NCBI GenBank assembly: GCA_944326155.1
Contig: CALVCV010000005.1
Span: 2,107-66,106, forward strand
Source of the DNA: an uncultured Bacilli bacterium
GTDB lineage: Bacteria > Bacillota_I > Bacilli_A > ML615J-28 > CAG-313
Reading direction: 5' to 3'
Length of the DNA: 64,000 bases
The notes beneath the pieces are model-generated. The model made no database searches, had not been told where the DNA came from, and was given only the letters and a program-made list of their open reading frames with translations. The position numbers were made by a program, and so were the translations under genes. Below are positions 1 through 9,730 of this stretch, piece by piece. Numbering within the stretch: the stretch's first letter is position 1; the number at the start of each line of letters is the position of its first letter.

Positions 1-86
1 TGCAAAATTTGGCTGAATATAAATTATAAATAATCAATTATCTTTCATAAATTATTTGACACTACCTATTTAATTTGGAGAAATAT

Positions 87-1819
87 ATGAAAAAAAATTT
101 TATAGATGTTTTGGAAAAAACTAAAAAACATTATTATATTAATTGTATATTATCAATAATGAGTGGTATTAGTATTCCTTTTTCTATTGTAGCAACAGCT
201 TACTTTTTTGATTCAATTAATCAATCTACTAATTTGATTATTGCCAGTATAATTTTAATTATGTCATATGTCATGCCTATTGTGAATATACCCATTAATT
301 ATTATAATAAAATTATTTATAATATGACTGATATCAAATGGAATTCTTATGTTTCAACGCTTATAAGTAAAATACCTTATTATGAATATGAAAATCAAGA
401 AATATTTAATAAAATAAAACAAATTAGTGATAATAATTTGTATCAAAAAAAGGTATCTTTTACTTTGTTTATGATTAAAACTATTGTAAACATATTATTA
501 TTAACTTGTATTTTTATTCGTGTTTCAATCATATTGTTAATATGTGAAGCAATTGTACTACCATTAGTTAATTATGTAGTTTCTAAAATAACTAAAAAAA
601 GATATAATGCTATGTATGATACAAACTTAGACAGAAGAAAAGCATTATATAAATCATCACTATTACGAGATTATACGTTTGCTAAAGAATTAAGAATTAA
701 TGATTCATCATTATATATGTTAAATGATTGGCAAAATGAACAAAAAAATTTAGACAAAAAAGAACTAAATATAAAATTCAAATATGGATTATTTGGAAAA
801 ATTATTTCTAATGTTGAATATATTATTATATTATTTAATTTAATTATATTACTTTTACTATTTTTGAATAACCATATTACGCTTGGTGTTTTCACTGGTT
901 TATCAATAAATATTTTTAATATAAATTTTTATCTAAATATTCTCAAATCATTCAATCTAAAAAAAGTATATCATTATTGACTGAAACATGTGATTCGTTG
1001 GATAATATTATAAAGAAGAATAGTCAAGATAAAACTTGTATAACTACAAACATTAATATTGAAAAAATAGAGTTTAAAAATGTTTATTTTAAGTATCCTA
1101 AGACAACAAACTTTATTTTAAATAATGTGTCTTTCATATGTTATAAAGGTGAAAGTATAGCCATTGTTGGAGAAAATGGTGCAGGGAAGACAACTCTTAT
1201 TAAATTATTATTAGGGTTATATGAGCCATCAAGTGGACAAATATTACTAAATGGTATAGATATTTCTAATTATTCCAAGGAAGCAAGAGCAGTTATTTTT
1301 GGGGTGACTTTTCAAGATTATAGCAAGTATTCAATGAGTATTAGAGAAAATATCATGATGAGTGATGAAGCACTTGATGAAAATAATTCTGAATTATTAA
1401 AATATTTGGAGATTGATGACATTGCTTCTAAATATAATACAGGGTTCGAAACAATTCTAGGAAAAGATTTTGGTGATTCAAAAGAAATATCAGGTGGTGA
1501 ATGGCAAAGAATTGCTATTTCAAGAGCTATGGTTAAGAAAAAGAGTATTTATATTTTTGATGAGCCGACTGCAGCTTTAGATCCACTGATGGAGATTGAA
1601 GTATTTAACAAAATAATAAATAAAATAAATGATAAGATTAGTTTTTTTATTACTCATAGGTTAGGATTCACAAATAAAGTGGATAAAATTTTAATGATAA
1701 AGAATAATTGTTTATGTGAGATGGGAAAATTCGAAGAGTTAGTAAATATGAAAGGTGAATTTTATAGATTATATGAAAGTCAAAGAAAACTTTATATAAG
1801 GGGTAATAATGATGATTAA
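87..1819 (+). pseudogene. ABC exporter subunit (TMD+NBD), split by an apparent 1-nt frameshift into ORFs 75/87..980 and 977..1819
   Basis: ORF1 is only a 6-TM membrane domain. ORF2 is only an NBD (GENGAGKTT, ISGGEWQR, DEPT, ITHR). ORF2's frame is open from 920, so one extra base in T5 (926-930) or A7 (959-965) fuses them into ~577 aa, similar in size to the partner. RBS GGAG at 77-80 favours ATG 87. Confidence 0.8.
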
Positions 1820-3605
1820 TGATAATACAAGAAAAATTGAAGAAGTAAACAATAATAATGAAACTATTAAAATAAATATTAAAGACTGTTTGAGTTTTTT
1901 TCTATTTGCATTTAAAAAGCAGAAGTATAATATAATTATTTATTCATTTTTTTTAGTGATTACAGCAACTCTTATTCCTATTTATACTTATTTGTGGAAA
2001 GAATATATTGATTATGCGACAATAGATTTTAATTTCAAAAATTCAATAATTTTTTTAATAATATATATTGGAATTAAAATGTTGGTTGAAATTTTTAATT
2101 TTTTCTATTTACGTATTCTAGATAAAATTAATTATACATCATGGCGTGTTTTAGATCGAACAATTAATGAAAAATCTTGTAATATTAAATATGAATTTTA
2201 TGAAATTCCAGAAATTCAAAGCAAAATAAATCGCGCATGGAATTTTAGTCATGGCGAATATGTTGATTTATATCAAAATATGATGTATATGTTAAAAATT
2301 ATATTTGAGATAATTGGTATTTTTATTTCAGTATTTATCATTAATCCAATATTAGCATTGATTTGTATAGTTACCATAATACCAGCGTTTATAACTAATT
2401 TTATAAAAAATAAAATAAGTATTTTAAATAATATTAAATTAACGAATTTATATACAGAACTAAATTATTATAAAAAAATATTATTAAATCAAGATTTGAT
2501 AAAAGATATTTATTTAAATAATAGTTTTACACTATTTGAAAATAAATTTAATAATTTAAAAAAAATAATATTCAATAAAGAAATTGTCATAGAAAGAAAA
2601 AAAATTAAATTAGAAATTATCGAGTTTTTAGTTAGAATTTTTTTGTTATGTATTTGTTTATTACTAATTGGATATTTTGTAAGCATTAAATTAATAACAT
2701 TTGGCTCATTATCTATTACGTTTACATTAATAGCCACATTAATATTTAATTTTACCGAATTTATTGAGATAGTAGGTTTATTTGTTACAACCATGTATAG
2801 TATACAACAATATAATAATTTATTTAAAATTGATATATTGAATGATGAAATAGTAGATATAATTGATGATTTTGAAAAAATAAGTTTTTCTAATGTTAGT
2901 TATAGATATCCATTGACGAATAAATATGTTATAAAAAGTTTAAATTTAGAAATAAAGAAAGGACAAAAAATAGCAATTGTTGGTTCAAATGGAAGTGGTA
3001 AAAGTACATTTATAAAATTATTATTAGGTCTTTTATCTCCTTCAATTGGAGAAATATATGTAGACTCTCAAAATCTTAAAAACATAGTAAAAAGTAATTA
3101 CTGGCAAAATTTTTCAATGGTATTTCAAGACTATTGCAAGTATAAAGAAACTCTTAAATATAATGTAGGTATAGGCAATAATTCTAAGATCACAAATGAT
3201 AAAGTTATTTTAAAATGTTTAATGATTGCTGATTTTATGAAAGAAATTGATTTAGACACTATTTTATGTAAAGAGTACGGAGGTATAGAATTATCTGGTG
3301 GAGAATGGCAAAGGATTGCGCTAGCTAGAGCGATATGCAAAAACGGTAAAGTTTATATTTTAGATGAACCAAATTCTGCAATTGATCCAATTGAAGAGAC
3401 CAAATTTTATGAAAAAATTAATAAGATTTGTAAAGATGATACTTGTATCTTTGTAACACATCGATTAGGATCAGTTTTGTTTTCTGATTTAGTGATTTTC
3501 TTTGAAGATGGTGAAATCAAAGAAATTGGAGCACATGCTGATTTGGTTAATAAAAATGGGGCTTATGCAAAGTTTTGGCATTGTCAAGCAAGTCAGTATC
3601 AATAA
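1809..3605 (+). CDS. ABC exporter ATP-binding/permease subunit (partner of heterodimer)
   Basis: N-terminal TM helices; Walker A GSNGSGKST, signature LSGGEWQR, Walker B ILDEP, H-loop VTHR. Confidence 0.92.
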   Translation: MMINDNTRKIEEVNNNNETIKINIKDCLSFFLFAFKKQKYNIIIYSFFLVITATLIPIYTYLWKEYIDYATIDFNFKNSIIFLIIYIGIKMLVEIFNFFYLRILDKINYTSWRVLDRTINEKSCNIKYEFYEIPEIQSKINRAWNFSHGEYVDLYQNMMYMLKIIFEIIGIFISVFIINPILALICIVTIIPAFITNFIKNKISILNNIKLTNLYTELNYYKKILLNQDLIKDIYLNNSFTLFENKFNNLKKIIFNKEIVIERKKIKLEIIEFLVRIFLLCICLLLIGYFVSIKLITFGSLSITFTLIATLIFNFTEFIEIVGLFVTTMYSIQQYNNLFKIDILNDEIVDIIDDFEKISFSNVSYRYPLTNKYVIKSLNLEIKKGQKIAIVGSNGSGKSTFIKLLLGLLSPSIGEIYVDSQNLKNIVKSNYWQNFSMVFQDYCKYKETLKYNVGIGNNSKITNDKVILKCLMIADFMKEIDLDTILCKEYGGIELSGGEWQRIALARAICKNGKVYILDEPNSAIDPIEETKFYEKINKICKDDTCIFVTHRLGSVLFSDLVIFFEDGEIKEIGAHADLVNKNGAYAKFWHCQASQYQ

Positions 3606-3620
3606 TAAAATGGTGAATTT

Positions 3621-5037
3621 ATGAGAATATTAAATATTTCAAGTCATATTGATGGATACGGAATAATTGTTAATAATTGTATAGATTATAATATAGCAGG
3701 AGCATCTAGTTTTTATGATAAAAATTTTCTAAAATTATATTGTGTTTTATGGGGACTTTATTCTAATTATGGTATTATTTCATTAGATAATAATATAACA
3801 AATGTTGTATTAAATACTTTAGGTTTACAATTGAATTTTAATGAGAATATAACAGAAGAAAATATAATTGAACAAATACGATTACACATAGATAACAATA
3901 CTCCTATTCTTTTAAGTGTAAATCATGCTGCTTTATTCTATTCTATTATGTATAAAGAAGTAAATAATGATGAAATTAATCATAATATAGTAATATATGG
4001 ATATGACGATGAAAAAGAATTGATATATATTAAAGAAAGCTCAATTAATAATGAAGTTTTGGATTCTTTATGTAAAAATAAAGTATTCTCATCTTATAAA
4101 ATAACGTATGACATGTTGATTAATTTTTATAGTAAAACTAAACAAATGATAAAGACCTTTGATTATAATAATTATTGCTTATACTATATTCAAAAGGTAA
4201 AAAACATTGATATGATTTATTTGAAAAAAAAGATTATATCACAATTTTTAGAAGTGTTAATAAATAATCAAGATTATTTACTTAATGAAATTAATCAGTT
4301 GTTAAACGTGGGTAAATATGATAGTTATTATCGTAATGAACAATTTAGGAGAACGCATTATTACTCACTCATTCCATTATTTGATTTTTTTGAATGAAAC
4401 CTTGTCTTTAAAAAATAACTCAGAATTTAATGAGTTGAGAAAAGAATTTTTTATAAACAGACAAAAAATAATAAATACATTAGCAAAAAACTCATATTTA
4501 AATAAAAATATCGAAACTATAAATTTTGATGATTTTCGAAATAAAATAAAAAGCATTTCAAATAAATTATATTGCAATATAAAAGAAAAATTTAATAATA
4601 TTAGTAATTTTATTACAGAAGAAATTAATTATTTAGAGGATGAAAAAACAATTCTTTCTGCTGATAGTGAAGATAAATTTTTTGTTTTGAATAGTATTAG
4701 AAAAGAAAGTAGTGTGAATAATAATTTTTCCTTTTGGAAAAGTTCAAATGATATGATTGAACATTGGATACTTATTGATTTTGCAGAATATAAATTAGTA
4801 AATAAAATTTTAATAGAGCATCATTCTTCTAGTGTTTACATTACAAAGCAATTTTCCATTTATGGGTTAACTCAATACGGATGGGTTAAGCTAGAAAATA
4901 TTAAAGAAAATATAAAAAATATAACTTGTTTTTATTATGAAATTCCTAAAAAATTAAAAAAAATAAAAATAAGTATTGAAAAACCAAATTATAGTATCGA
5001 TTATGCTGCAAGAATAAAGTTAATTAAAATATTTTAA
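3621..5037 (+). pseudogene. BtrH-N/papain-like cysteine peptidase domain fused to a C-terminal discoidin (F5/8 type C) domain; frameshifted (ORFs 3621..4397 and 4318..5037)
   Basis: N-part has NNC near the start and HNIVIYGYDDEK..YIKE (papain-like Cys/His/acid pattern). C-part FWKS...HWILIDF..VNKILIEH..TKQFSI..ARIKLIKIF is discoidin-like. Removing one T from T7 at 4385-4391 fuses both into 471 aa. Confidence 0.62.
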
Positions 5038-5098
5038 TATAATTTATATGAATGATTAGACAATTATAAATATAAGAGTAAAATAGATTAAAAGCACA

Positions 5099-5120
5099 AA
5101 AATTGTATATATACAATTTT
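5099..5120. promoter_or_regulatory. Perfect 22-bp palindrome upstream of the SdpI-like gene (candidate operator)
   Basis: AAAATTGTATATATACAATTTT lies just upstream of RBS AGGTGA (5133-5138). Confidence 0.5.
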
Positions 5121-5142
5121 AAATAACTAAATAGGTGACTTT

Positions 5143-5523
5143 ATGATTTTTGATTTTGGAAGTATTTTGGTAATATTATTTTTTATTGTTTACTTGTTTC
5201 CTATAATTTTTTTCCCAAGTTGCAAACGAAATGAAGTTTTTGGATTAAGACATAAAAAGTGTTTTGAATTAGAAGAAATTTGGCACAAAATTCATGTGAG
5301 AGCTGCAATAATGACTATTCCTTTCGCGATATTAAACTTATTATTGATTTTTATAAAAAATGCTATAGCAAAAACAGTTTTGTCATTAATAATATTAACT
5401 CTTGTAATTGTTGGTTGGAATATAATTGTAAAATATACAGATAGAGACTATTTTAAAAGAAAGGCATTAGAAGAGGAAAAGCAATTAAAGGAACAAATAA
5501 AAAAAGAATCGGGATGGAGATAA
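5143..5523 (+). CDS. SdpI/YfhL-family membrane immunity protein
   Basis: 3 TM helices with motif RNEVFGLRHKKCFELEEIWHKIH resembling the SdpI N.xxGxR...W...H motif. Confidence 0.7.
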   Translation: MIFDFGSILVILFFIVYLFPIIFFPSCKRNEVFGLRHKKCFELEEIWHKIHVRAAIMTIPFAILNLLLIFIKNAIAKTVLSLIILTLVIVGWNIIVKYTDRDYFKRKALEEEKQLKEQIKKESGWR

Positions 5524-5731
5524 TATTACTTTCATATTCATTAATAAAAGAATTCAATTGTATGTTAATTTTTATTTTATATGTAGAATAAAGAGTTACT
5601 AAAAAATAAATCAGCACTTGCTAATTTAGCAATATAGTAAGCCAGTATGCAGGTGCTTTTTCTTTTATCAGAAGGTGGAAAAAATAATAGATTTTCAAAA
5701 AAGTAAAAACAACAATATTTTACTAATATAT

Positions 5732-5777
5732 AAGAGGACAGTAAAACCTGGAAAAAAGGAATACTGTCCTCTTTTTT
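5732..5777 (+). terminator. Stem-loop with U-tract just upstream of the sigma-like pseudogene
   Basis: AAGAGGACAGTA (5732-5743) pairs with TACTGTCCTCTT (5762-5773), followed by TTTT. Confidence 0.55.
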
Positions 5778-5808
5778 CATTTTACAAAGAAAGGTTAGGT
5801 AAAAAAGT

Positions 5809-6085
5809 ATGAAAATGAAAATTATTTATAAGTTTGCTGATGGATCAAAGTCAGTTGTTGAAGTTGAAGAAGAAGTAGGACAAGCTATTATCATATCACG
5901 AAAGAAAGATGAGATACCATTGTCTAGTGTCGATTAATAAATTGGAATATGAAGGATTAGAGTTTGCTGACCCAGATACACCAATGTCAAGATTAGAAAG
6001 AAAAATTAAAGAAGAACAGCAAAAAACTTTAGATGATTATGTTATGAGTCACTTAACTGAAACTCATAGAAGGAAGATTCAATAG
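5809..6085 (+). pseudogene. Decayed sigma-70 region-4-type regulator of the kind found in Firmicute ICEs/prophages
   Basis: MKMKIIYKFADGSKSVVEVEEEVG in one frame, then ERKMRYHCLVSINKLEYEGLEFADPDTP...LTETHRRKIQ* in another; frameshift near 5900 and truncation before the HTH. Confidence 0.6.
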
Positions 6086-6415
6086 AAAGCATAAAGATGA
6101 GAAAAAACTAATAAAAGTTGCCAACGATAGAGTATGAAGATATATACAAGAAAACATTACTTTCAGTATTAAAAATGGAAAAACTTATGAGAAAGAAAAC
6201 CTTTGTCCAATTGCTTGAAGGTTTAGTAATTAGACCTAAAAGAAAGCTTACTTTTGTTAAAAAGAGCAATGAATACAAATAAAGTAAATGGCAAATTTAC
6301 GAGATACAATGAGGAAAATAATATGTCAGAAAAACTAAAGTAGTAATAGAAGTTGTAAGATTATCTTATATTCACGTATGGGACCAACTGCCATTGCAAA
6401 AGGTGCTAAATTTAA

Positions 6416-6568
6416 ATATTTAGTGGATGCAGGAGAAACTCATGTAGTGGTGTGATGGTTGATGAACTAAAAGCTATGCAAACATCAGAAGTATATGCTT
6501 GTGTGAAAATACTAGTAGAAACATTAGCAATTCTACCATTACAATTATTTGCGCAAAGAGGAAAATAA
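6416..6568 (+). pseudogene. N-terminal fragment of an HK97-family phage portal protein
   Basis: SGVMVDELKAMQTSEVYACVKILVETLAILPLQLF matches the portal motif SGxxV...AMQ.saVYACVrILaEtiAxLPLxly; stops after ~50 codons. Confidence 0.72.
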
Positions 6569-6707
6569 TTTACCACATAAAAATAAAATTTGTTTAAAAA
6601 TATAATAAATAATGTAAATAAAACAATTCCAATATGTTTTACAAAAAATATAATTATTCTACTATTAATAGAAGAAGTAATCAAAACAATTAAATAACAT
6701 CAAAATC

Positions 6708-6741
6708 AAGTGTCCAAAAAGTCAATATAATTTGGACACTT
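6708..6741. repeat. 11-bp perfect inverted repeat at the right edge of the AT-rich island
   Basis: AAGTGTCCAAA-N12-TTTGGACACTT. Confidence 0.6.
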
Positions 6742-6833
6742 TACCTAAAGAGTAGGGCGCCAGTCTTGTGCATAAAAAATACCATTATTAAACTTAAAAA
6801 ATATAGAACTTTTAATATTATAAAACTCTTATA

Positions 6834-6870
6834 TAAAAAGCATTAGATGGTTTATATCTAATGCTTTTTA
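6834..6870 (-). terminator. Intrinsic (bidirectional-type) terminator of the YwaF pair
   Basis: TAAAAAGCATTAGAT-N7-ATCTAATGCTTTTTA, 11 nt beyond the stop at 6882. Confidence 0.8.
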
Positions 6871-6881
6871 TCATTAATATG

Positions 6882-7697
6882 TTAATATGTTTTTTTATTT
6901 CTTTTTTTCTTCACAAAATCAATTATACCGATTGGTAAATAGTAAATGAAGAACATTGGAATTGCGATAATTGCGAGTGGGAACATATAAATTAATTCAT
7001 AAGGAAGAAAATTATAGAATTGCTCTAAAACAGCTGTTCCTACACCTGTTCTTGTATAGAAGTAGTTACAAATACCTGTTCCACCTTTTAAGTCATTAAA
7101 CCATGTAAATAATAAATTGACAAGTTCCATAATACATAAAAGAACGATGAGAAAAACACAAGCTTTGATAATATCAATGAGTTTCGGTCTATAAAATCCC
7201 AAAACAACGAATAGAATTGGTAAAATAAAGATAAGGCCATGTTTTAGCCAGTAAGTGAAGACATTATAATTTAAAAGAGTAATTGTAGGCCCAAGACAAT
7301 CGCTAGGAGAAGTTACCACCATCGCTAAAAGCGCTCCAGCACTTCCAAAAAAATACATGTAAGCAAATAAGGTAGAGAAGAAAAGTGGACGCATTTTTTT
7401 TCTTAAACCAAAAAATAATGGATATAGTATGACATTGATAGAGCACATATGTAAAGGTAGACGAGTCCAAACGTTAATTCTTTGATCATTATAATCTTGA
7501 ATATAAGAAGTAAAAAAAGTAATCCAAGTTGCTAAAAAGGCAATAAGCATCAAAATCCATAAGTAAATGGTTTTGGATTTCTCACTTTTTTTGCGAAAAA
7601 TAAAGTAAGAAGCAACTGCTAATAAAGGAAAAAAAAGCACTGTAAGAATATGGACCAAATTATATTTATCAATAATTAAAGTTAAAATATTAAACAT
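6882..7697 (-). CDS. YwaF/TMEM164-family integral membrane protein
   Basis: Multi-TM; LPLHMCSIN motif, YWLKHG His, CNYFY motif. Confidence 0.75.
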   Translation of the reverse strand: MFNILTLIIDKYNLVHILTVLFFPLLAVASYFIFRKKSEKSKTIYLWILMLIAFLATWITFFTSYIQDYNDQRINVWTRLPLHMCSINVILYPLFFGLRKKMRPLFFSTLFAYMYFFGSAGALLAMVVTSPSDCLGPTITLLNYNVFTYWLKHGLIFILPILFVVLGFYRPKLIDIIKACVFLIVLLCIMELVNLLFTWFNDLKGGTGICNYFYTRTGVGTAVLEQFYNFLPYELIYMFPLAIIAIPMFFIYYLPIGIIDFVKKKRNKKTY

Positions 7698-7698
7698 A

Positions 7699-8475
7699 TT
7701 ATAAATTTCCTTTCTTTGTTTTAAATGGTAGTGACATTAGATAAAATATTATAAATAATGGGAAGATAAGAGGTAACCCGTAAACAAAAGGAATGGGTAT
7801 CATATTATAAAGTTGTTTTAAAATAGGCAGATTGTTATGCCTTAGTGTATACATATAATTGGCACTTTCAAATCCGCTAAAATTTTTTAAAATAATACTA
7901 GATAAAAAGGCAAATAAGTAAATTCCGACTAAGGTTAATAAAACTTGGGGAATTTGTTTTTGTTCTGGTTTAAAAAAGCCCCAAACTATCATTGCAATTG
8001 GAATAGCTACTAAATTGGTATGAATAAACCAAAAATCCAAAAACATATAATGAAATAAATTATTTCCTTGAGTAATCATATGACAATCGGGGAAGACCAA
8101 AAGTGGGATTGAAGCTCCTAACATTGTTATATAATATGTGTAATTATTTAAGAATTTTTTGTCTATAAGAATGGCTACTAAAGTAATAATGATATTTATA
8201 TTACATAGTTCAAATGGTAGTAAAGTTGTTTTAGAACCATCATTAAAAATTCGCGATTCTTCCCAACCAAAAAACATTCTTCCAGCAAAAATTACACAGC
8301 AAGCGATAGTTAATGCAAGTAAAATGTATTTTTTAGTAGTATGTGATTTCTTTTTAAATAAAAAAATAAGTAATGTAATATAAACAATATCTAAAAGCAA
8401 CAATAAAATATGTTGATAGGAAAAACGATTTGGTACTTCATATATTTTATAAGAGTTAAAAAAACTAACTATCAT
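7699..8475 (-). CDS. YwaF/TMEM164-family integral membrane protein
   Basis: FSYQH N-terminus, LPFELCNIN motif, FWFIHTN His, ANYMY motif; RBS GGAGG. Confidence 0.8.
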   Translation of the reverse strand: MIVSFFNSYKIYEVPNRFSYQHILLLLLDIVYITLLIFLFKKKSHTTKKYILLALTIACCVIFAGRMFFGWEESRIFNDGSKTTLLPFELCNINIIITLVAILIDKKFLNNYTYYITMLGASIPLLVFPDCHMITQGNNLFHYMFLDFWFIHTNLVAIPIAMIVWGFFKPEQKQIPQVLLTLVGIYLFAFLSSIILKNFSGFESANYMYTLRHNNLPILKQLYNMIPIPFVYGLPLIFPLFIIFYLMSLPFKTKKGNL

Positions 8476-8499
8476 ATAAGAAATTCCTCCTCTTTTAAA

Positions 8500-8528
8500 A
8501 TTGTATCATTTTAGCAGTTATTTTTCAA
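8500..8528 (-). promoter_or_regulatory. SigA-type promoter for the YwaF pair
   Basis: TTGAAA-17-TACAAT with extended TG on the minus strand. Confidence 0.6.
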
Positions 8529-8593
8529 CTATTTGCACCATTTTTATCAATAAACTAATTTATTTGTATTTTAAAGGAACCTAAACTCTTAAC

Positions 8594-8622
8594 TTGATAG
8601 TATTATCAATATATGGTATAAT
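8594..8622 (+). promoter_or_regulatory. SigA promoter of patatin with a palindrome over the -35
   Basis: TTGATA-17-TATAAT with extended TG; inverted repeat TTGATA-GTAT-TATCAA at 8594-8609. Confidence 0.65.
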
Positions 8623-8670
8623 AAAAATAAAAAATAAAGAAAAATATAATTAAAAGAAAGGAGAATTGTT

Positions 8671-9522
8671 TTGAAGACAGCAATTATTGATCCAGGCGGT
8701 GGCTTAAGAGGAATTTATGCAGTGGGAATTATGGATTATTTAATGGATCAAAAAATAACTTTTGACCTTGGTATTGGTATTTCAGCAGGTAGTGCTAATA
8801 TGGCATCATATATGTCTAATCAAAGGGGTAGGAATTATATTTTTTATACCCAATATGCTTTTAGAAAAAAATATATGAGTTTTACTAATTATATTTTACA
8901 TCGTAATTTTATTAATCTTGATTATGTATATAGTACACTTAGTAATTCAAATGGTGAAAATCCCTATGACTATCAAACTTTAAAAAATAATCCAATGGAA
9001 ATGATAGTGATAGCCACTAACGCACTTACTGGTGAAGCAAAATATTTTACTAAAGAAGATATTGAACAAGATAATTATGATGTTATGAAAGCCTCATCTT
9101 GCTTACCTTTTATTTGCCAACCATATTTCATTGATGGTATTCCTTATTATGATGGTGCGTTATCAGATTGTATCCCTATTCAAAAAGCTCTTGATTTAGG
9201 TTGTGATAGAATTGTACTCATACTTTCTAGACCAAAAAATGAAATAAAAACAGTGGGTTTAGATGGTATATTAGCAAGTAAAATTGCTAAAAAATATCCT
9301 AAGGCTGCCGAAAAATTCACTAAAAGATCAGATGTTTATAATGAAGCAATTGCGCTTGCCAAAAAATTAGAAAAAAAAGGCAAGGTAATTATTATTGCAC
9401 CAAGTAGTACAATGAAAGTCAAAACATTAAAAAAGAAAAGAAAAAATTTGATAAAGCTTTATCAACTTGGTTATCAAGATGGGGAAAAAATAAAACATTT
9501 TTTAGAAAATAGTATGAATTAA
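8671..9522 (+). CDS. Patatin-like phospholipase/esterase
   Basis: Oxyanion GGGLRG, nucleophile GISAG, catalytic DGA; TTG start with RBS AGGAG. Confidence 0.92.
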   Translation: MKTAIIDPGGGLRGIYAVGIMDYLMDQKITFDLGIGISAGSANMASYMSNQRGRNYIFYTQYAFRKKYMSFTNYILHRNFINLDYVYSTLSNSNGENPYDYQTLKNNPMEMIVIATNALTGEAKYFTKEDIEQDNYDVMKASSCLPFICQPYFIDGIPYYDGALSDCIPIQKALDLGCDRIVLILSRPKNEIKTVGLDGILASKIAKKYPKAAEKFTKRSDVYNEAIALAKKLEKKGKVIIIAPSSTMKVKTLKKKRKNLIKLYQLGYQDGEKIKHFLENSMN

Positions 9523-9556
9523 AAAAATCTTCTTTTAAATAATGGAAGATTTTTTT
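9521..9556 (+). terminator. Intrinsic terminator after patatin
   Basis: AAAAAAATCTTC...GAAGATTTTTTT. Confidence 0.7.
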
Positions 9557-9730
9557 AATTCATACTAGGAAGTAATTGTTTAATTAAAAAAATATATTTT
9601 TTTAATTTTATTTAAAAATTAGTAAAATACTTGCTAAAAAATATTTTATGTTGCGTATTTGCGTTTTTCTTCGGGAAACATTTAACAAAAAATGTAAATA
9701 GAATTGTAAACAATGTAAGCGTTTTATTGT

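Noticed and set aside
5577-6684. Minus-strand ORFs 5577-5780 and 6412-6684
   Set aside because: No motifs; the informative signal (hairpins, portal fragment) is on the plus strand
9631-9666. TTGCGTATT upstream of the big operon, matching the -10 of the ECF promoter at 43714
   Set aside because: No TGAAAC-like -35 at the right spacing, so ECF control of the operon is unsupported
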